Shown here piece by piece: positions 43,624-53,495 of a DNA stretch of 64,000 nt; the first letter of the stretch is position 1, and every line of letters begins with the position of its first letter. The notes beneath the pieces are model-generated. The model worked only from the letters and a program-made list of their open reading frames with translations, had not been told where the DNA came from and did not search any database. The stretch comes from Candidatus Parcubacteria bacterium. GTDB lineage: Bacteria > Patescibacteriota > Minisyncoccia > Phycocordibacterales > JAKFXT01. The position numbers and the translations under genes are program-made. The DNA lies in assembly GCA_021414235.1 (NCBI GenBank), contig JAIOOV010000004.1:342157-406156 (forward strand), in the 5' to 3' direction.

Positions 43624-44751
43624 TTAGCGCTCGTGCGCGAGGGCGATGTTCAGGATCTCGCGGGCGATGGTTTCGGCAGCGTCTTTCTTGGCGAATTTCG
43701 ATGCGGCTGCGCTCATGGCCGCAGCCTTCGGCGCATCCCCCAGGATGCGCTCGATCTCGGACTCGAGTATCACCGGAGTGAGGTTGCGCTGTTCGATGAT
43801 GGTAGCCGCTCCCGAGCGTCCGTAGGAGAAGGCGTTCTTGGTCTGATCGTGGCTGATGGATTCAGGTATGGGGATCACTATGGACGGCTTGCCCCAGGCG
43901 GCGATCTCAAAGAGCGTGGAGCCAGCCCTGGAGATCACCAGAGAGCAGACTCCTGCGGCCATGCGGAGCGCTAACACGTTGAGGAAGGCGTAGGGACGAT
44001 AACGATCCTTGTGAGGATGATCGTGGAGCGATCCTGCAGCGATCTGGCCGACCTCTTCGAAATTCTTCTCTCCTACTTGGTGGATGACCTGGTATTTGTT
44101 GAGGAGCCTCGGGAGCGCGTCGAGGACTGCTTCGTTGATGGCTTGAGAACCTGAAGAGCCGCCGAGGATGAGGAGGACCGGCGTGCCCTCTTCGAGCTTG
44201 AGGAATTCCCGGCCTCCCTCGTATGCAGGGGTAGCGATATCTTTGCGGATGGGGTTCCCGGTGAGCGCTACTTTTTCTTTGTCGAAGAATCGTGCGGCAT
44301 CTGGATATGAGATGGCTACGCGCTTGGCGAACTTCCCCGCCCAACGGTTCACCCTGCCTGGCTCGGAATCGGATTCGTGGATGACCACGGGGATGCCGAG
44401 GATCCTTGCTGCAAAGAGCGCCGGGAAACTTCCGTAGGCCCCTTTGCCGAAGACAACGTCGGGATAGAGCGAGAAGAGCCTCAGGACAGCCTTGAGGACG
44501 CCGAGAGAGGTCTTTACCAAGTCGAAGGCGTTCATCACTGAGAAGTAACGGCGTACGCGTCCGGCGCTTGCGGGGAGATACGTGATGCCCTGCTCAAAGA
44601 GGACCCGTTGGTCTCCCGGTTCGGGAGCCATGTAGTAGAGCTTGGGCGGCAGGAGCTTCTCCGCAGCCACGATGCGGTTAAGCGCCTCCGCGATGGCGAT
44701 TATGGGGTAGAAATGGCCGCCGGCGCCACTACCCGTGAATAGTATCTTCAT
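43624..44751 (-). CDS. murG: Lipid II synthase MurG (UDP-GlcNAc:lipid I GlcNAc transferase)
   Basis: MKILFTGSGAGGHFYPIIA N-terminus, GT-B fold, 375 aa, downstream of ftsW. Confidence 0.9.
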   Translation of the reverse strand: MKILFTGSGAGGHFYPIIAIAEALNRIVAAEKLLPPKLYYMAPEPGDQRVLFEQGITYLPASAGRVRRYFSVMNAFDLVKTSLGVLKAVLRLFSLYPDVVFGKGAYGSFPALFAARILGIPVVIHESDSEPGRVNRWAGKFAKRVAISYPDAARFFDKEKVALTGNPIRKDIATPAYEGGREFLKLEEGTPVLLILGGSSGSQAINEAVLDALPRLLNKYQVIHQVGEKNFEEVGQIAAGSLHDHPHKDRYRPYAFLNVLALRMAAGVCSLVISRAGSTLFEIAAWGKPSIVIPIPESISHDQTKNAFSYGRSGAATIIEQRNLTPVILESEIERILGDAPKAAAMSAAASKFAKKDAAETIAREILNIALAHER

Positions 44752-45869
44752 ACGCGCTGATACTTGGAGATGTTAAACAGGATACCTGCTTGGAAGAGGG
44801 CTAGGAGAAGGGCTGTTCCACCCTGGCTTACGAAGACAAGGGGGGTGCCAGAGAGCGGTACAAGGGCCAACATGGAGCCTATATTCAGGAAGGACTGGCA
44901 GGTGATAAGTATAACAATTCCGACGGCTACCAGTCCACCGAAGGAGTCAGGGGCCCGGGCGGCGATCCGGAAGCCCCGGAGAGCGAAGAATATGAACAAA
45001 AAGATGAGCAGGGAGGCTCCTACGAAGCCGAATTCCTCCCCGGCCACCGCAAAGATCGAGTCTCCTATGGGCTCCGGTAGGAATTCAAATTTCTGGAGGC
45101 TCTGACCGAAGCCTCGGCCGAAGATTCCTCCTGAACCTATGGCGATGAGCGACTGGGTGATCTGGTATCCCGCTCCCAATGGATCAGTCTCCCCTGGCGA
45201 GAGGAAGGTCATGATGCGGGACATGAGGTAGGGCCGCATGAATACGAGTCCGGTGAGGCCTACCAGACCTACGCCTCCCAGGATGGCCAGGTCCCTGATC
45301 TTTGCTCCCGCCACGACGAACATGGCGAGCCCTGCGGCGACCGCGATGAGGAAGGTGTCGGTATCCGGCTGCGCCAAGAGAATCATGCCCACGATACCGG
45401 TAAGCAAAGAGAATGGGATGAGACCGTACTTCCATTCACTCACCCGGTCCTTGGCCACGGTAAGCCAAGTAGCCAGGTAGAAGACATACGCAATCTTAAG
45501 AAGCTCGGATGGCTGGAAGGAAAACCCTGCAAGCGCTATCCAGCGCCGCGCTCCTCCGTGGGCGAAGCCTACTCCGGGTATGAATACGAGGAGCGTGAGG
45601 AGGATGGCGAAGACGAAGATATAGAAAGAATATTTGCGCCAGATCTGATAGCTCACTGTGCTCGCGGCGATGAGGGCTACTCCCCCGAGGCAGAGCCCGA
45701 AGACGAACTGCTTCAGCGCTACTGCTCCGAAATGCGCGCCTTCGCGCGCCAAGAGGCCGAGCGAGGCGGAGGTGAAAATGAAAAAGCCCACCGCGATCAG
45801 CAGGAACACGGTGATCATGAAGAGCTTGTCTATGGAGTGAGGGCGCGTACTCATTTTTTCGAAGGCCAC
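44748..45869 (-). CDS. ftsW: SEDS-family peptidoglycan polymerase FtsW
   Basis: 10-TM SEDS protein between mraY and murG; 4-nt overlap with murG. Confidence 0.85.
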   Translation of the reverse strand: MAFEKMSTRPHSIDKLFMITVFLLIAVGFFIFTSASLGLLAREGAHFGAVALKQFVFGLCLGGVALIAASTVSYQIWRKYSFYIFVFAILLTLLVFIPGVGFAHGGARRWIALAGFSFQPSELLKIAYVFYLATWLTVAKDRVSEWKYGLIPFSLLTGIVGMILLAQPDTDTFLIAVAAGLAMFVVAGAKIRDLAILGGVGLVGLTGLVFMRPYLMSRIMTFLSPGETDPLGAGYQITQSLIAIGSGGIFGRGFGQSLQKFEFLPEPIGDSIFAVAGEEFGFVGASLLIFLFIFFALRGFRIAARAPDSFGGLVAVGIVILITCQSFLNIGSMLALVPLSGTPLVFVSQGGTALLLALFQAGILFNISKYQRV

Positions 45870-45939
45870 TACGTATAGCTTTTAGACATCACACATCATA
45901 AGACGAGAATCGCATCTCTCCTATTCCCCACTCAAATAT

Positions 45940-47016
45940 TTACTTGCCTACGAGTGCGATGATCATGCCGAAGAGTGCACAGACCACGCTCACAATCCAG
46001 AAACGCATGGTCACCTTGTAGCCTGGCCAGCCGAGAGCTTCGAAGTGGTGGTGGAGCGGCGCTACCAGAAAGAGCTTCTTGCCGCGGAACCGCTTGGAAA
46101 TTATCTGCAGCACATTGGAGAAGGAGGTGGCGATGAGCGGAAGCGCGATGATGGGGAGCGCGGAGAGGCCGTGGCCGGCCCCCAGCGTGTCGGTGGTGAA
46201 GGCTACTACCGCGAGGGTCAGCGTGAGCGCCATCGAGCCCGTCTCCGACATATAGAAGCGCGCAGGCGGGATATTGAACCAGAGGAAGGCCAGGAGTCCA
46301 CCCACGATCACTGCGCAGAAGGCGGCGAGGTTAATCTGGTTCTGATAGAAAGCGATGCCCGCGTAGGCGCTGAACATGGTGGCAAAGACTCCGCCCGCGA
46401 GCCCATCGATGCCGTCGATCACGCCGCCGGAATAGAGGCCGATGGTCACCAGTACGAAGAGCGGGATGAACAGCCAGCCGATGTAGAGGTCGCCGAGGAA
46501 CGGAAGCCCGATGCTCGTCACTCCCAGCTTGTAGTAGAACCAGAGAGCACAGCCGAGCCCAATCACTGCGACCACGCCGAGTCGCTTCTTGAGAGAGAGT
46601 CCTCCGGCGATATAGTCCCTGCTCCCCTTCACCTCAAGCCAGTCATCGAGGAGCCCTACGAGCGCGCCGAGCATGAGGGTGGCGAACGGGATCCAGGTCT
46701 GGTTGCGGGAGAGGTAGGAGAGCTTCTCGAGGAGCGTGCCCGGGAAGAGCTGGCTTAAGAGAAGGAGGCCGAGGGTGGTGATAGCGGTCGAGGCCCAGAC
46801 GACGATGCCGCCCATGCGCGGAGTGCCTACTTCCTTGGTCTTATGGAGCTCGTTAAATACTTCAGCGTTAGAGCCGTCCATGCTTATCTTCCCGCTCTTC
46901 TTCTTCCACATCTCCTGCTTATAGAGGAAGTGTGTAAGAAAGGGGGTGAGCGCGATGCCGGCGATGAAGGCAAAGGTCGCGGGAAGGAAGACTTTGACGA
47001 TATCCTCGATGACCAT
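45940..47016 (-). CDS. mraY: Phospho-MurNAc-pentapeptide translocase MraY
   Basis: 10-TM, LLDDWLEVKG and other MraY loops. Start at MVIEDIV (47016). Confidence 0.9.
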   Translation of the reverse strand: MVIEDIVKVFLPATFAFIAGIALTPFLTHFLYKQEMWKKKSGKISMDGSNAEVFNELHKTKEVGTPRMGGIVVWASTAITTLGLLLLSQLFPGTLLEKLSYLSRNQTWIPFATLMLGALVGLLDDWLEVKGSRDYIAGGLSLKKRLGVVAVIGLGCALWFYYKLGVTSIGLPFLGDLYIGWLFIPLFVLVTIGLYSGGVIDGIDGLAGGVFATMFSAYAGIAFYQNQINLAAFCAVIVGGLLAFLWFNIPPARFYMSETGSMALTLTLAVVAFTTDTLGAGHGLSALPIIALPLIATSFSNVLQIISKRFRGKKLFLVAPLHHHFEALGWPGYKVTMRFWIVSVVCALFGMIIALVGK

Positions 47017-47041
47017 AGGTGGTGGCAGTATACAGGAAGCC

Positions 47042-48025
47042 CTACTCTTCTTCTCCCTTGGCTTCGAGATAGCGAAGGGTGGCATCTACCAGCTTGGCGA
47101 CGTCCTCGAAGCGGCCCTCCTGAGTGGAGCCGAGGACGCTTATAGCAACAGGGTGATTAGGACCGGCATCAAAGAGGATGACTAGGTTTCCTCCGGCGAG
47201 ATCGGTGAAGCCGGTTTTGGAAGCGATGAGGCCGGGCAAGGTCTCTACCGCACTATTGGTATTCTTCGTCTTATACGTCCCGCGAGCTGAGTCGACGATG
47301 AGTTCTTTGTAGCGCGTAGCTTCGAAACTCTCCGGGAATTCGCGTACGGCAGTGAGGAAGAGCTTGTTCACGTCGCGCGCAGAGCCATAGGCGCCAGAGA
47401 GTTCTTCGTTGAGATCGAGCCCGGTTTCGTTCAGGAAGTATGTTTGGGTCAGACCGAGCTCCTTGGCACGAGCGTTCATGCTGGCGAGGAAATCAGTAGA
47501 GGAGGCAGTGGCTTCGGGCTTGGCGCGAGCGACTGCTTCCCAGGCGCTCGCGATGGCTACGGCGCCGTCATTAGAAGAGCGCACCAGGGTCCAATCGAGG
47601 AGTGAGCGGAGTGACCACTTATCACCGGTTTTAAGTAATCCGTCGCCATCTGCTCTTAAGGTCTTCTCCCCTATCACCACCGTCTCATCTTCTCCCAGAG
47701 TCTCGCGCGCGGTGAGCGCGGTCATGATCTTGGTGAGAGATGCGAGCGGAAGCTGGGCTTCTCCATTTGCAGCAAAAAGTTCTACGCCTTTGGCAACGTC
47801 GTAGACGACGGCCGCGCGGGCGATGAGCTCCGGCGCTTCAAAGACTGCGGGGACCGGGGCCTTCGCCGGTACTTCCGTAGCTGCTGCTGCGCTCGCCATT
47901 TCCGTCGCTTTATCCGCAGGACGATAACTACGTAGTGCTACCGGCAGGAGGAGCAGGGTGCATATAAAAAAGGCCAAGCTTATGCCGAGCCACGATATGG
48001 AGATATTTTTATTCTCGTTCGGCAT
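47042..48025 (-). CDS. dacA: D-alanyl-D-alanine carboxypeptidase (S11, PBP5-like)
   Basis: Signal/TM, SLTK (SxxK), SSN, KTG-like motifs; 327 aa. Confidence 0.8.
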   Translation of the reverse strand: MPNENKNISISWLGISLAFFICTLLLLPVALRSYRPADKATEMASAAAATEVPAKAPVPAVFEAPELIARAAVVYDVAKGVELFAANGEAQLPLASLTKIMTALTARETLGEDETVVIGEKTLRADGDGLLKTGDKWSLRSLLDWTLVRSSNDGAVAIASAWEAVARAKPEATASSTDFLASMNARAKELGLTQTYFLNETGLDLNEELSGAYGSARDVNKLFLTAVREFPESFEATRYKELIVDSARGTYKTKNTNSAVETLPGLIASKTGFTDLAGGNLVILFDAGPNHPVAISVLGSTQEGRFEDVAKLVDATLRYLEAKGEEE

Positions 48026-48572
48026 TATTCTCAGTCGGTGTCGTTTTGAGCGCTTCCATCTTGGCGGCGATTTCGGCGCGGACCTCCGCGTACTCAGGGA
48101 GCTCTTCGACTGAGCTGACGCCTAAGTGTCCAAGAAGGTCGAAGGTCGGACGGTAGAGGAAGCTGCGCTTGTCCTCGGGGTTCTCTATCTTCTCCACTAA
48201 TCCGCGAAGCAGGAGATTGCGCAGGATGAAATGGGAGCTTACGCCGCGGACGTAATCGATATCCGCGCGGCTGATTGGTCCGTAGTAGATGACAAGCGAG
48301 AGCGCTTCGAGTCCTGCCTTGCCGATGTCGCGGTGGAATTCCTCTTTGACGAGCTTCTCGATGACGCTCGACGCTTCCGGCACAGTGCCGAGAGCTATCT
48401 CCTCGTCCTTCTCAAGTAGGGTCAATCCCCTTCCTTGAAGCGAAGCTTTCAGTCCGCCTAGAGCTTCTTTGATCTCCTCCTCGCTCTTATCAAGCAAAGA
48501 CGCGAGTTTCTTTACGGAAAGAGGCTCGCCGTAGAAGAATAGCACGGCTTCTATTGTGTTCGCAGTGTTCAT
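48009..48572 (-). CDS. scpB: Segregation and condensation protein B
   Basis: IEAVLFFYGEPLSVKKLA winged-helix start, 187 aa, downstream of scpA. Confidence 0.85.
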   Translation of the reverse strand: MNTANTIEAVLFFYGEPLSVKKLASLLDKSEEEIKEALGGLKASLQGRGLTLLEKDEEIALGTVPEASSVIEKLVKEEFHRDIGKAGLEALSLVIYYGPISRADIDYVRGVSSHFILRNLLLRGLVEKIENPEDKRSFLYRPTFDLLGHLGVSSVEELPEYAEVRAEIAAKMEALKTTPTENNAERE

Positions 48573-48574
48573 AG

Positions 48575-49300
48575 TTAGTAGGAAGGAGTGCCGAGCGCGC
48601 GGGATTCCATAGTGATGTCTTCGAAGGGATTGTGCTGTTCTGCTTGGATGATGCCTTGTTTGACGAGTTCCAGCATAGCAAGAAAACTCACGATGACCAT
48701 CTTCTTCTCCTCCTTTCCGTGGCCGGAGAATTCCTTGAAGCTCATGGAGATGCTCTTCTGTACGCGGCCGACGAGCTGCTCGATCATCTCCTCGAGGCTA
48801 ATGATCTTCTGGACCACCGTTTTAGTGATGTGTTCCTTAACCGGGATGGAGGCCAGCGTGCGACGGAGAGCTTCGAGGAGCGATGGCTTGGTGACGGAGG
48901 GTTCTACCGAGAAGACCGGTTGCGCCAGGGTCCGCTCGGAAGCTTGGAAGACGAACTGTTTACCGAAGCGTTCGCGTAGGTGAAGCGAGAGTTCTCGGAC
49001 CCTCTGGTAGCGCGCCAGACGGTCTTCCAAGTCTTTGATGTCAGCTTCTTCTTCGGTGGTGAGCGAGAGGGATGGCAAGAGGGCCTTCGATTTGATGAGG
49101 AGAAGCGTTGCGGCAGTCAGGATGAAATGCGCAGTGTGTTCTATGGGAAAGTGCTCGAGCTTACGCACATAGGCTACGTAGTCGTCTGCTACCTGAGCGA
49201 GGGAGACATCACTCACGTGGAGCTTCCGCTTCTCGATGAGGTCGAGGAGCATTTCAAGCGGTCCCTCAAAGGAATCCTGCTTCACCAGAAAGGCGTTCAT
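48575..49300 (-). CDS. scpA: Segregation and condensation protein A
   Basis: FEGPLEMLLDLIEKRKLHVSDVSLAQVADDY kleisin N-terminus, 241 aa. Confidence 0.85.
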   Translation of the reverse strand: MNAFLVKQDSFEGPLEMLLDLIEKRKLHVSDVSLAQVADDYVAYVRKLEHFPIEHTAHFILTAATLLLIKSKALLPSLSLTTEEEADIKDLEDRLARYQRVRELSLHLRERFGKQFVFQASERTLAQPVFSVEPSVTKPSLLEALRRTLASIPVKEHITKTVVQKIISLEEMIEQLVGRVQKSISMSFKEFSGHGKEEKKMVIVSFLAMLELVKQGIIQAEQHNPFEDITMESRALGTPSY

Positions 49301-49348
49301 TGTCTTAGTATTATAACATTTTTCTGCTATTTATCCAAACTTTAAAAT

Positions 49349-49379
49349 ACCTCAGCCCCGCTAAGTGCGGGGCTGAGGT
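49349..49379 (-). terminator. Terminator downstream of aspS
   Basis: acctcagccccgc-taagt-gcggggctgaggt followed by a U-rich stretch on the minus strand. Confidence 0.65.
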
Positions 49380-49402
49380 ATCTGAATGCCTCTGAACGGA
49401 AA

Positions 49403-50788
49403 TTACTTCTTGAGAGAAATACCGAGTTCGGCGAGGTTCTTTGGATCGATTTCTGCTGGTGCGCCCATCATGAGGTCCTTCCCTTCTCCGGTCTTGGGGA
49501 ACGCGATGACTTCGCGGATGTTGGGTTCGTTCTGAAGGAGCATAACGATGCGGTCTATGCCGGGAGCGATGCCACCGTGCGGCGGAGCACCGTATCCGAA
49601 GGCATCGAGCATGTGGCCGAAACGGTTCAGGATGGTTTCTTGTGAGAGGCCGAGGATTTCGAATATCTTGTTTTGCAGGTCACGCTTATGGATACGGATT
49701 GAACCACCACCGACTTCGTAACCGTTCAAGACGATATCGTATGCATTTGCTCGGGCTTTGAGAGGATCGGAATCGAGAAGATGCTCGTCTCCGGGTTTTG
49801 GCGCAGTGAAGGGGTGATGAACCGCACCGACGCTCCCGTCCTCACCCTTCTCAAACATGGGGAAATCGATAACCCAGCAGAATGCCAGCTCGTCGGGGTC
49901 GTCCTTGTTCACGCGCATGTCCGGCTTATCGTTCCCATATTTTGCCATTGATTCTGCGTATGAGATTCGCGGGAAGGGTTTCTGGGCGATCTTTTTGTTC
50001 GGGTAGAGTTTCTCAACGAGCTCGACGAACATGGGCTCTATCAGAGAAAGCATATCTTCTTGAGTGACGAAGGACATCTCCAAGTCCAATTGGGTGAATT
50101 CAGGCTGACGGTCGCCGCGAGTGTCTTCATCACGGAAGCAGCGGGCGATCTGGAAATACCGCTCGAAGCCAGCCACCATGGCGAGCTGTTTGAACTGCTG
50201 CGGAGACTGAGGAAGAACGTAGAATTTCCCGTTTTCAAGCCGACTCGGAACCACATATTCCCGAGAGCCTTCCGGAGTGCCCTTCATAAGGATCGGCGTC
50301 TCTATCTCCACGAAGTCGTTTTTATGCAGATAGTCGCGGAAGAAGGAGACGATCTTGTCCCGCATACGCACATTGTTTTGTAAGCGAGAAGAACGGAGAT
50401 CGAGGTAGCGGTACTTGAGGCGTACTTCCTCGCTCACTTCGCGCGTGTCTCCAGAGAGCTCGAAAGGAGGTGTAGCAGATTCGTTCAAAACAACGATGGA
50501 GGTGATCTCGAGTTCAATATCGCCATTCACCACTTCCGTATTCACCATCTTGGCAGGACGCTTGTTCACGATACCCTCAGCGGTGATGACCCATTCAGAA
50601 CGGAGCGTACTAGCGAGCGCATGCGCCTCTTCGTGGTTAGGTAATGCGACTGACTGTATCTTGCCGGAGGCGTCACGGATGTCTAAGAAAATGAGCTTGC
50701 CATGGTCGCGGCGGGCATCTACCCAGCCGGAGATGGATACGCTCTCCCCCACTTTCTGCCCGAGGTCTTTTATATGAGTTCTCTGCAT
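49403..50788 (-). CDS. aspS: Aspartyl-tRNA synthetase, short form lacking the bacterial insertion domain (likely non-discriminating)
   Basis: OB anticodon-binding domain, motif 2 FRDED, motif 3 GGGSIRIH; 461 aa versus about 590 for typical bacterial AspRS. Confidence 0.85.
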   Translation of the reverse strand: MQRTHIKDLGQKVGESVSISGWVDARRDHGKLIFLDIRDASGKIQSVALPNHEEAHALASTLRSEWVITAEGIVNKRPAKMVNTEVVNGDIELEITSIVVLNESATPPFELSGDTREVSEEVRLKYRYLDLRSSRLQNNVRMRDKIVSFFRDYLHKNDFVEIETPILMKGTPEGSREYVVPSRLENGKFYVLPQSPQQFKQLAMVAGFERYFQIARCFRDEDTRGDRQPEFTQLDLEMSFVTQEDMLSLIEPMFVELVEKLYPNKKIAQKPFPRISYAESMAKYGNDKPDMRVNKDDPDELAFCWVIDFPMFEKGEDGSVGAVHHPFTAPKPGDEHLLDSDPLKARANAYDIVLNGYEVGGGSIRIHKRDLQNKIFEILGLSQETILNRFGHMLDAFGYGAPPHGGIAPGIDRIVMLLQNEPNIREVIAFPKTGEGKDLMMGAPAEIDPKNLAELGISLKK

Positions 50789-50789
50789 A

Positions 50790-51731
50790 TTATATTTTTA
50801 CGCCGATCCTCTCCTTAACTTCCGCCATTTTCGCCTGGGCCATCCTTCTTGCTTTCTCTGCTCCTTCTGCGAGTACTCTTTTCACTTCTTCGTCAGTGAT
50901 GCTATCGCGACGTGCTCGCATCGGAGCGATGAAGGCATCGATATCTTCGATGAGGGCTTCCTTGAGTACCTTGTAGCTACCTTTGTTGGCTTCGTAGAGA
51001 GATTCAAGTTCGCTCTCTGGGCGGAAGAGCTTGTGCATGAGGTACACATTCTCGGGACGCTCACCCGAAGAATCGGTCACTATACTCATCACTGCCTTAG
51101 TGATCTCTTCTTTTGAGCCGAAGAGCGGAATGGTATTGCCATAGCTCTTGCTCATCTTCTTGCCATCTGTGCCAGGAACAGTACCCACCTCTTCTTTAAT
51201 CATCTCCTGCGGCTCTTTGAATGTCTGTCCGTACGCGGTATTGAATTTCGCTGCCGCTTCGCGCGCATACTCCACGTGTTGACGCTGATCAGCGCCTACC
51301 GGCACCACGTCGGTGTCGTAGAGGAGAATGTCTGCCGCCATGAGCATGGGGTAGTTGAAGAGTCCGGCGTTCGCCTCGAGTCCCTTGGCTACTTTGTCTT
51401 TGTAAGAGTGCGCTTGCATGAGGAAGGGCACGGTGACGAGACACTCGAACGTCCAGGCGAGTTCGGTATGCTCCGGCACGTCTGATTGGCGGAAGATGAC
51501 GGCCTTCTCGGGGTCTACGCCCACGGCGAGATAGTCGCGGGTGACGTTAAGGATATTCTGTCGGAGTTCTTGAGGGTTCCGAGCGGTAGTGAGGGCGTGA
51601 TAGTCCACCACACAGAGCATGCTGTCATACTCCTCGTACATGTCCTTGAAGGGCTTCAAGGCGCCAAAGTAGTTGCCGATATGGAGGTTGCCGGAAGGCT
51701 GGAGGCCGGTAAAAAGACGCTTTTTGTTCAT
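50790..51731 (-). CDS. trpS: Tryptophanyl-tRNA synthetase
   Basis: GLQPSGNLHIGNY and KMSKSYGN, 313 aa. TyrRS is not excluded by eye. Confidence 0.75.
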   Translation of the reverse strand: MNKKRLFTGLQPSGNLHIGNYFGALKPFKDMYEEYDSMLCVVDYHALTTARNPQELRQNILNVTRDYLAVGVDPEKAVIFRQSDVPEHTELAWTFECLVTVPFLMQAHSYKDKVAKGLEANAGLFNYPMLMAADILLYDTDVVPVGADQRQHVEYAREAAAKFNTAYGQTFKEPQEMIKEEVGTVPGTDGKKMSKSYGNTIPLFGSKEEITKAVMSIVTDSSGERPENVYLMHKLFRPESELESLYEANKGSYKVLKEALIEDIDAFIAPMRARRDSITDEEVKRVLAEGAEKARRMAQAKMAEVKERIGVKI

Positions 51732-51771
51732 AGCGGATGTAGCTGCACTTTAACAGAAATCTGGCTTTTTT

Positions 51772-52269
51772 CTAGCGTCGCAGGAGTACGAAAAGCACAG
51801 CCAAGCCGCCAAGGAGCCACCAGAAGAAGGCGTGTTCGAAGGTAAAGAAGGCGCTGATGCTCTGCGGGAACTTATGTATCGCGCCGAAAGGCACTGAATT
51901 ATGAAGCACCGCCAAGGTGACGCCAGTGCCGAGGGCTGCGAGGGCGAAGGGCGCTGCTCCCCCGCTCTCCCCCATGTCGAAGCTATCCACGCTATGCTTC
52001 ACCGCCATGTACGCCAGTCCCGAGAGCGCGAGGAGTACTCCGATGAGCACGAAGCTTTTTTGCGCAGCGGTAGATCCGTAGCTGGCGATCTGATTCGTAT
52101 ACGGGAAATATGCGAAGAGCAGAAGACCTATGTAGAGCGAGAGATACATCGCGACCGTCTTGGCGCGTCCGAGAGCAAATGCAACTGCGACGAGTGCACC
52201 AAAGATCCCGAGGATGATAAGAATATCGACTGAGACTAAGTTCGCAGAGAAAGAAGAGAGTGATGGCAT
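51772..52269 (-). CDS. Hypothetical polytopic membrane protein
   Basis: 165 aa, 5 predicted TM helices. Confidence 0.45.
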   Translation of the reverse strand: MPSLSSFSANLVSVDILIILGIFGALVAVAFALGRAKTVAMYLSLYIGLLLFAYFPYTNQIASYGSTAAQKSFVLIGVLLALSGLAYMAVKHSVDSFDMGESGGAAPFALAALGTGVTLAVLHNSVPFGAIHKFPQSISAFFTFEHAFFWWLLGGLAVLFVLLRR

Positions 52270-52296
52270 GAGGAATAGTATAGCACTGTAGATTCA

Positions 52297-52338
52297 CGAC
52301 ATGATGTGCACAAATCACCCACAACTAATGTTGTGGGT
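52297..52338. promoter_or_regulatory. Perfect 16-bp inverted repeat (5-nt spacer) between dnaJ and the membrane-protein gene
   Basis: acaaatcacccacaac-taatg-gttgtgggtgatttgt. No U-tract, so it is not an ordinary terminator. Confidence 0.5.
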
Positions 52339-52361
52339 GATTTGTCTGCTTGATTTAAAAA

Positions 52362-53438
52362 CTAGATTCCCTCTTTGCGGAGCTCATTGAGAAGCTCTCG
52401 TGCTTTCTTCCCGAGCTTCCCAGGGAACGTGATGTTGATACGCACCAGGAGATCGCCACGGCGATTCTTCTCTACAGGTACTCCTTTGCCGCGTACGCGC
52501 AGAATCTCGCCGAAGGCTACGTTCTCGGGAATCTTGAGGGTAATGTCGCCGTCGAGAGTATGCACGGTGTAATCCGCACCAAGAAGTGCATCAGAGAGCT
52601 TCACGTTGAGGTCGGTAGTGAGGTTAGCTCCCTCCTTGCGCAGGAACGGATGGCGCTTCACATGTACTTTTACGTAGAGGTCGCCCGCAACTCCACCTGC
52701 GACTGCTTCACCCATGCCAGAGAGGCGGATCATTTCGCCATCATCAATGCCAGGAGGGACGCTGATGGTGATCTCTTCCTGGCGACGGACTACGCCTGCG
52801 CCATGACAGGAGGCGCACTTCTCTTTCGGTATCTTTCCAGAACCGCGGCAGGAATCGCAGGTGCGAGTGGTGCTAATGGAGCCGAAGAAGGAGCGACGTG
52901 TCTCGTGCACGCGTCCCTTGCCGTTACAAGAATCACACGTCTTCATCTCCGTGCCCGGCTTGCCGCCAGAGCCAGTACAGGTCTCACAGCGAGAAGTCTT
53001 GGTGATGAGCACCTTGCGCTCTGCACCGAAGACGGACTCCGCAAAGGTCAGCTCAATGTCTATGGAGATGTCGCGGCCGCGGGCTACGCGTCCTGCTCCT
53101 CCTCCGCCGAAGATGTCTCCGAAGATGTCTCCGATGTTGAAGTCCTCAAATCCTGCCTGTCCTCCGGTGAAGCCGGAGAAGTCGAAACCGCCCATATCTG
53201 GGCCCGCTCCCCCTCCACCATTCGCGCCACTAAAGACGCGGCCATAGGAATCGTATTCCGCACGCTTCTTGTCGTCCGAGAGCACGCTATACGCCTCGTT
53301 CACTTCCTTGAACTTGTTCGCATCCCCTCCCTTCTTGTCGGGATGGTACTTATGCGCCAACTTGCGGAAAGCCTTTTTGATGTCTTCTTTCGAAGCTCCT
53401 TTGGCGATTCCTAGTATGTCGTAGTAGTTCTTGGGCAT
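52362..53438 (-). CDS. dnaJ: Chaperone DnaJ
   Basis: J-domain HPD, G/F region, four CxxCxGxG repeats. Confidence 0.9.
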   Translation of the reverse strand: MPKNYYDILGIAKGASKEDIKKAFRKLAHKYHPDKKGGDANKFKEVNEAYSVLSDDKKRAEYDSYGRVFSGANGGGGAGPDMGGFDFSGFTGGQAGFEDFNIGDIFGDIFGGGGAGRVARGRDISIDIELTFAESVFGAERKVLITKTSRCETCTGSGGKPGTEMKTCDSCNGKGRVHETRRSFFGSISTTRTCDSCRGSGKIPKEKCASCHGAGVVRRQEEITISVPPGIDDGEMIRLSGMGEAVAGGVAGDLYVKVHVKRHPFLRKEGANLTTDLNVKLSDALLGADYTVHTLDGDITLKIPENVAFGEILRVRGKGVPVEKNRRGDLLVRINITFPGKLGKKARELLNELRKEGI

Positions 53439-53495
53439 GAGAGGTGTCGTTTCTCCATACTAGCAGGGTCGCTGCTAGGGTTCAATCTTTTTGAT

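Noticed and set aside
46045-46758. 237-aa + strand ORF
   Set aside because: Antisense to mraY; acidic and Arg-rich low-complexity.
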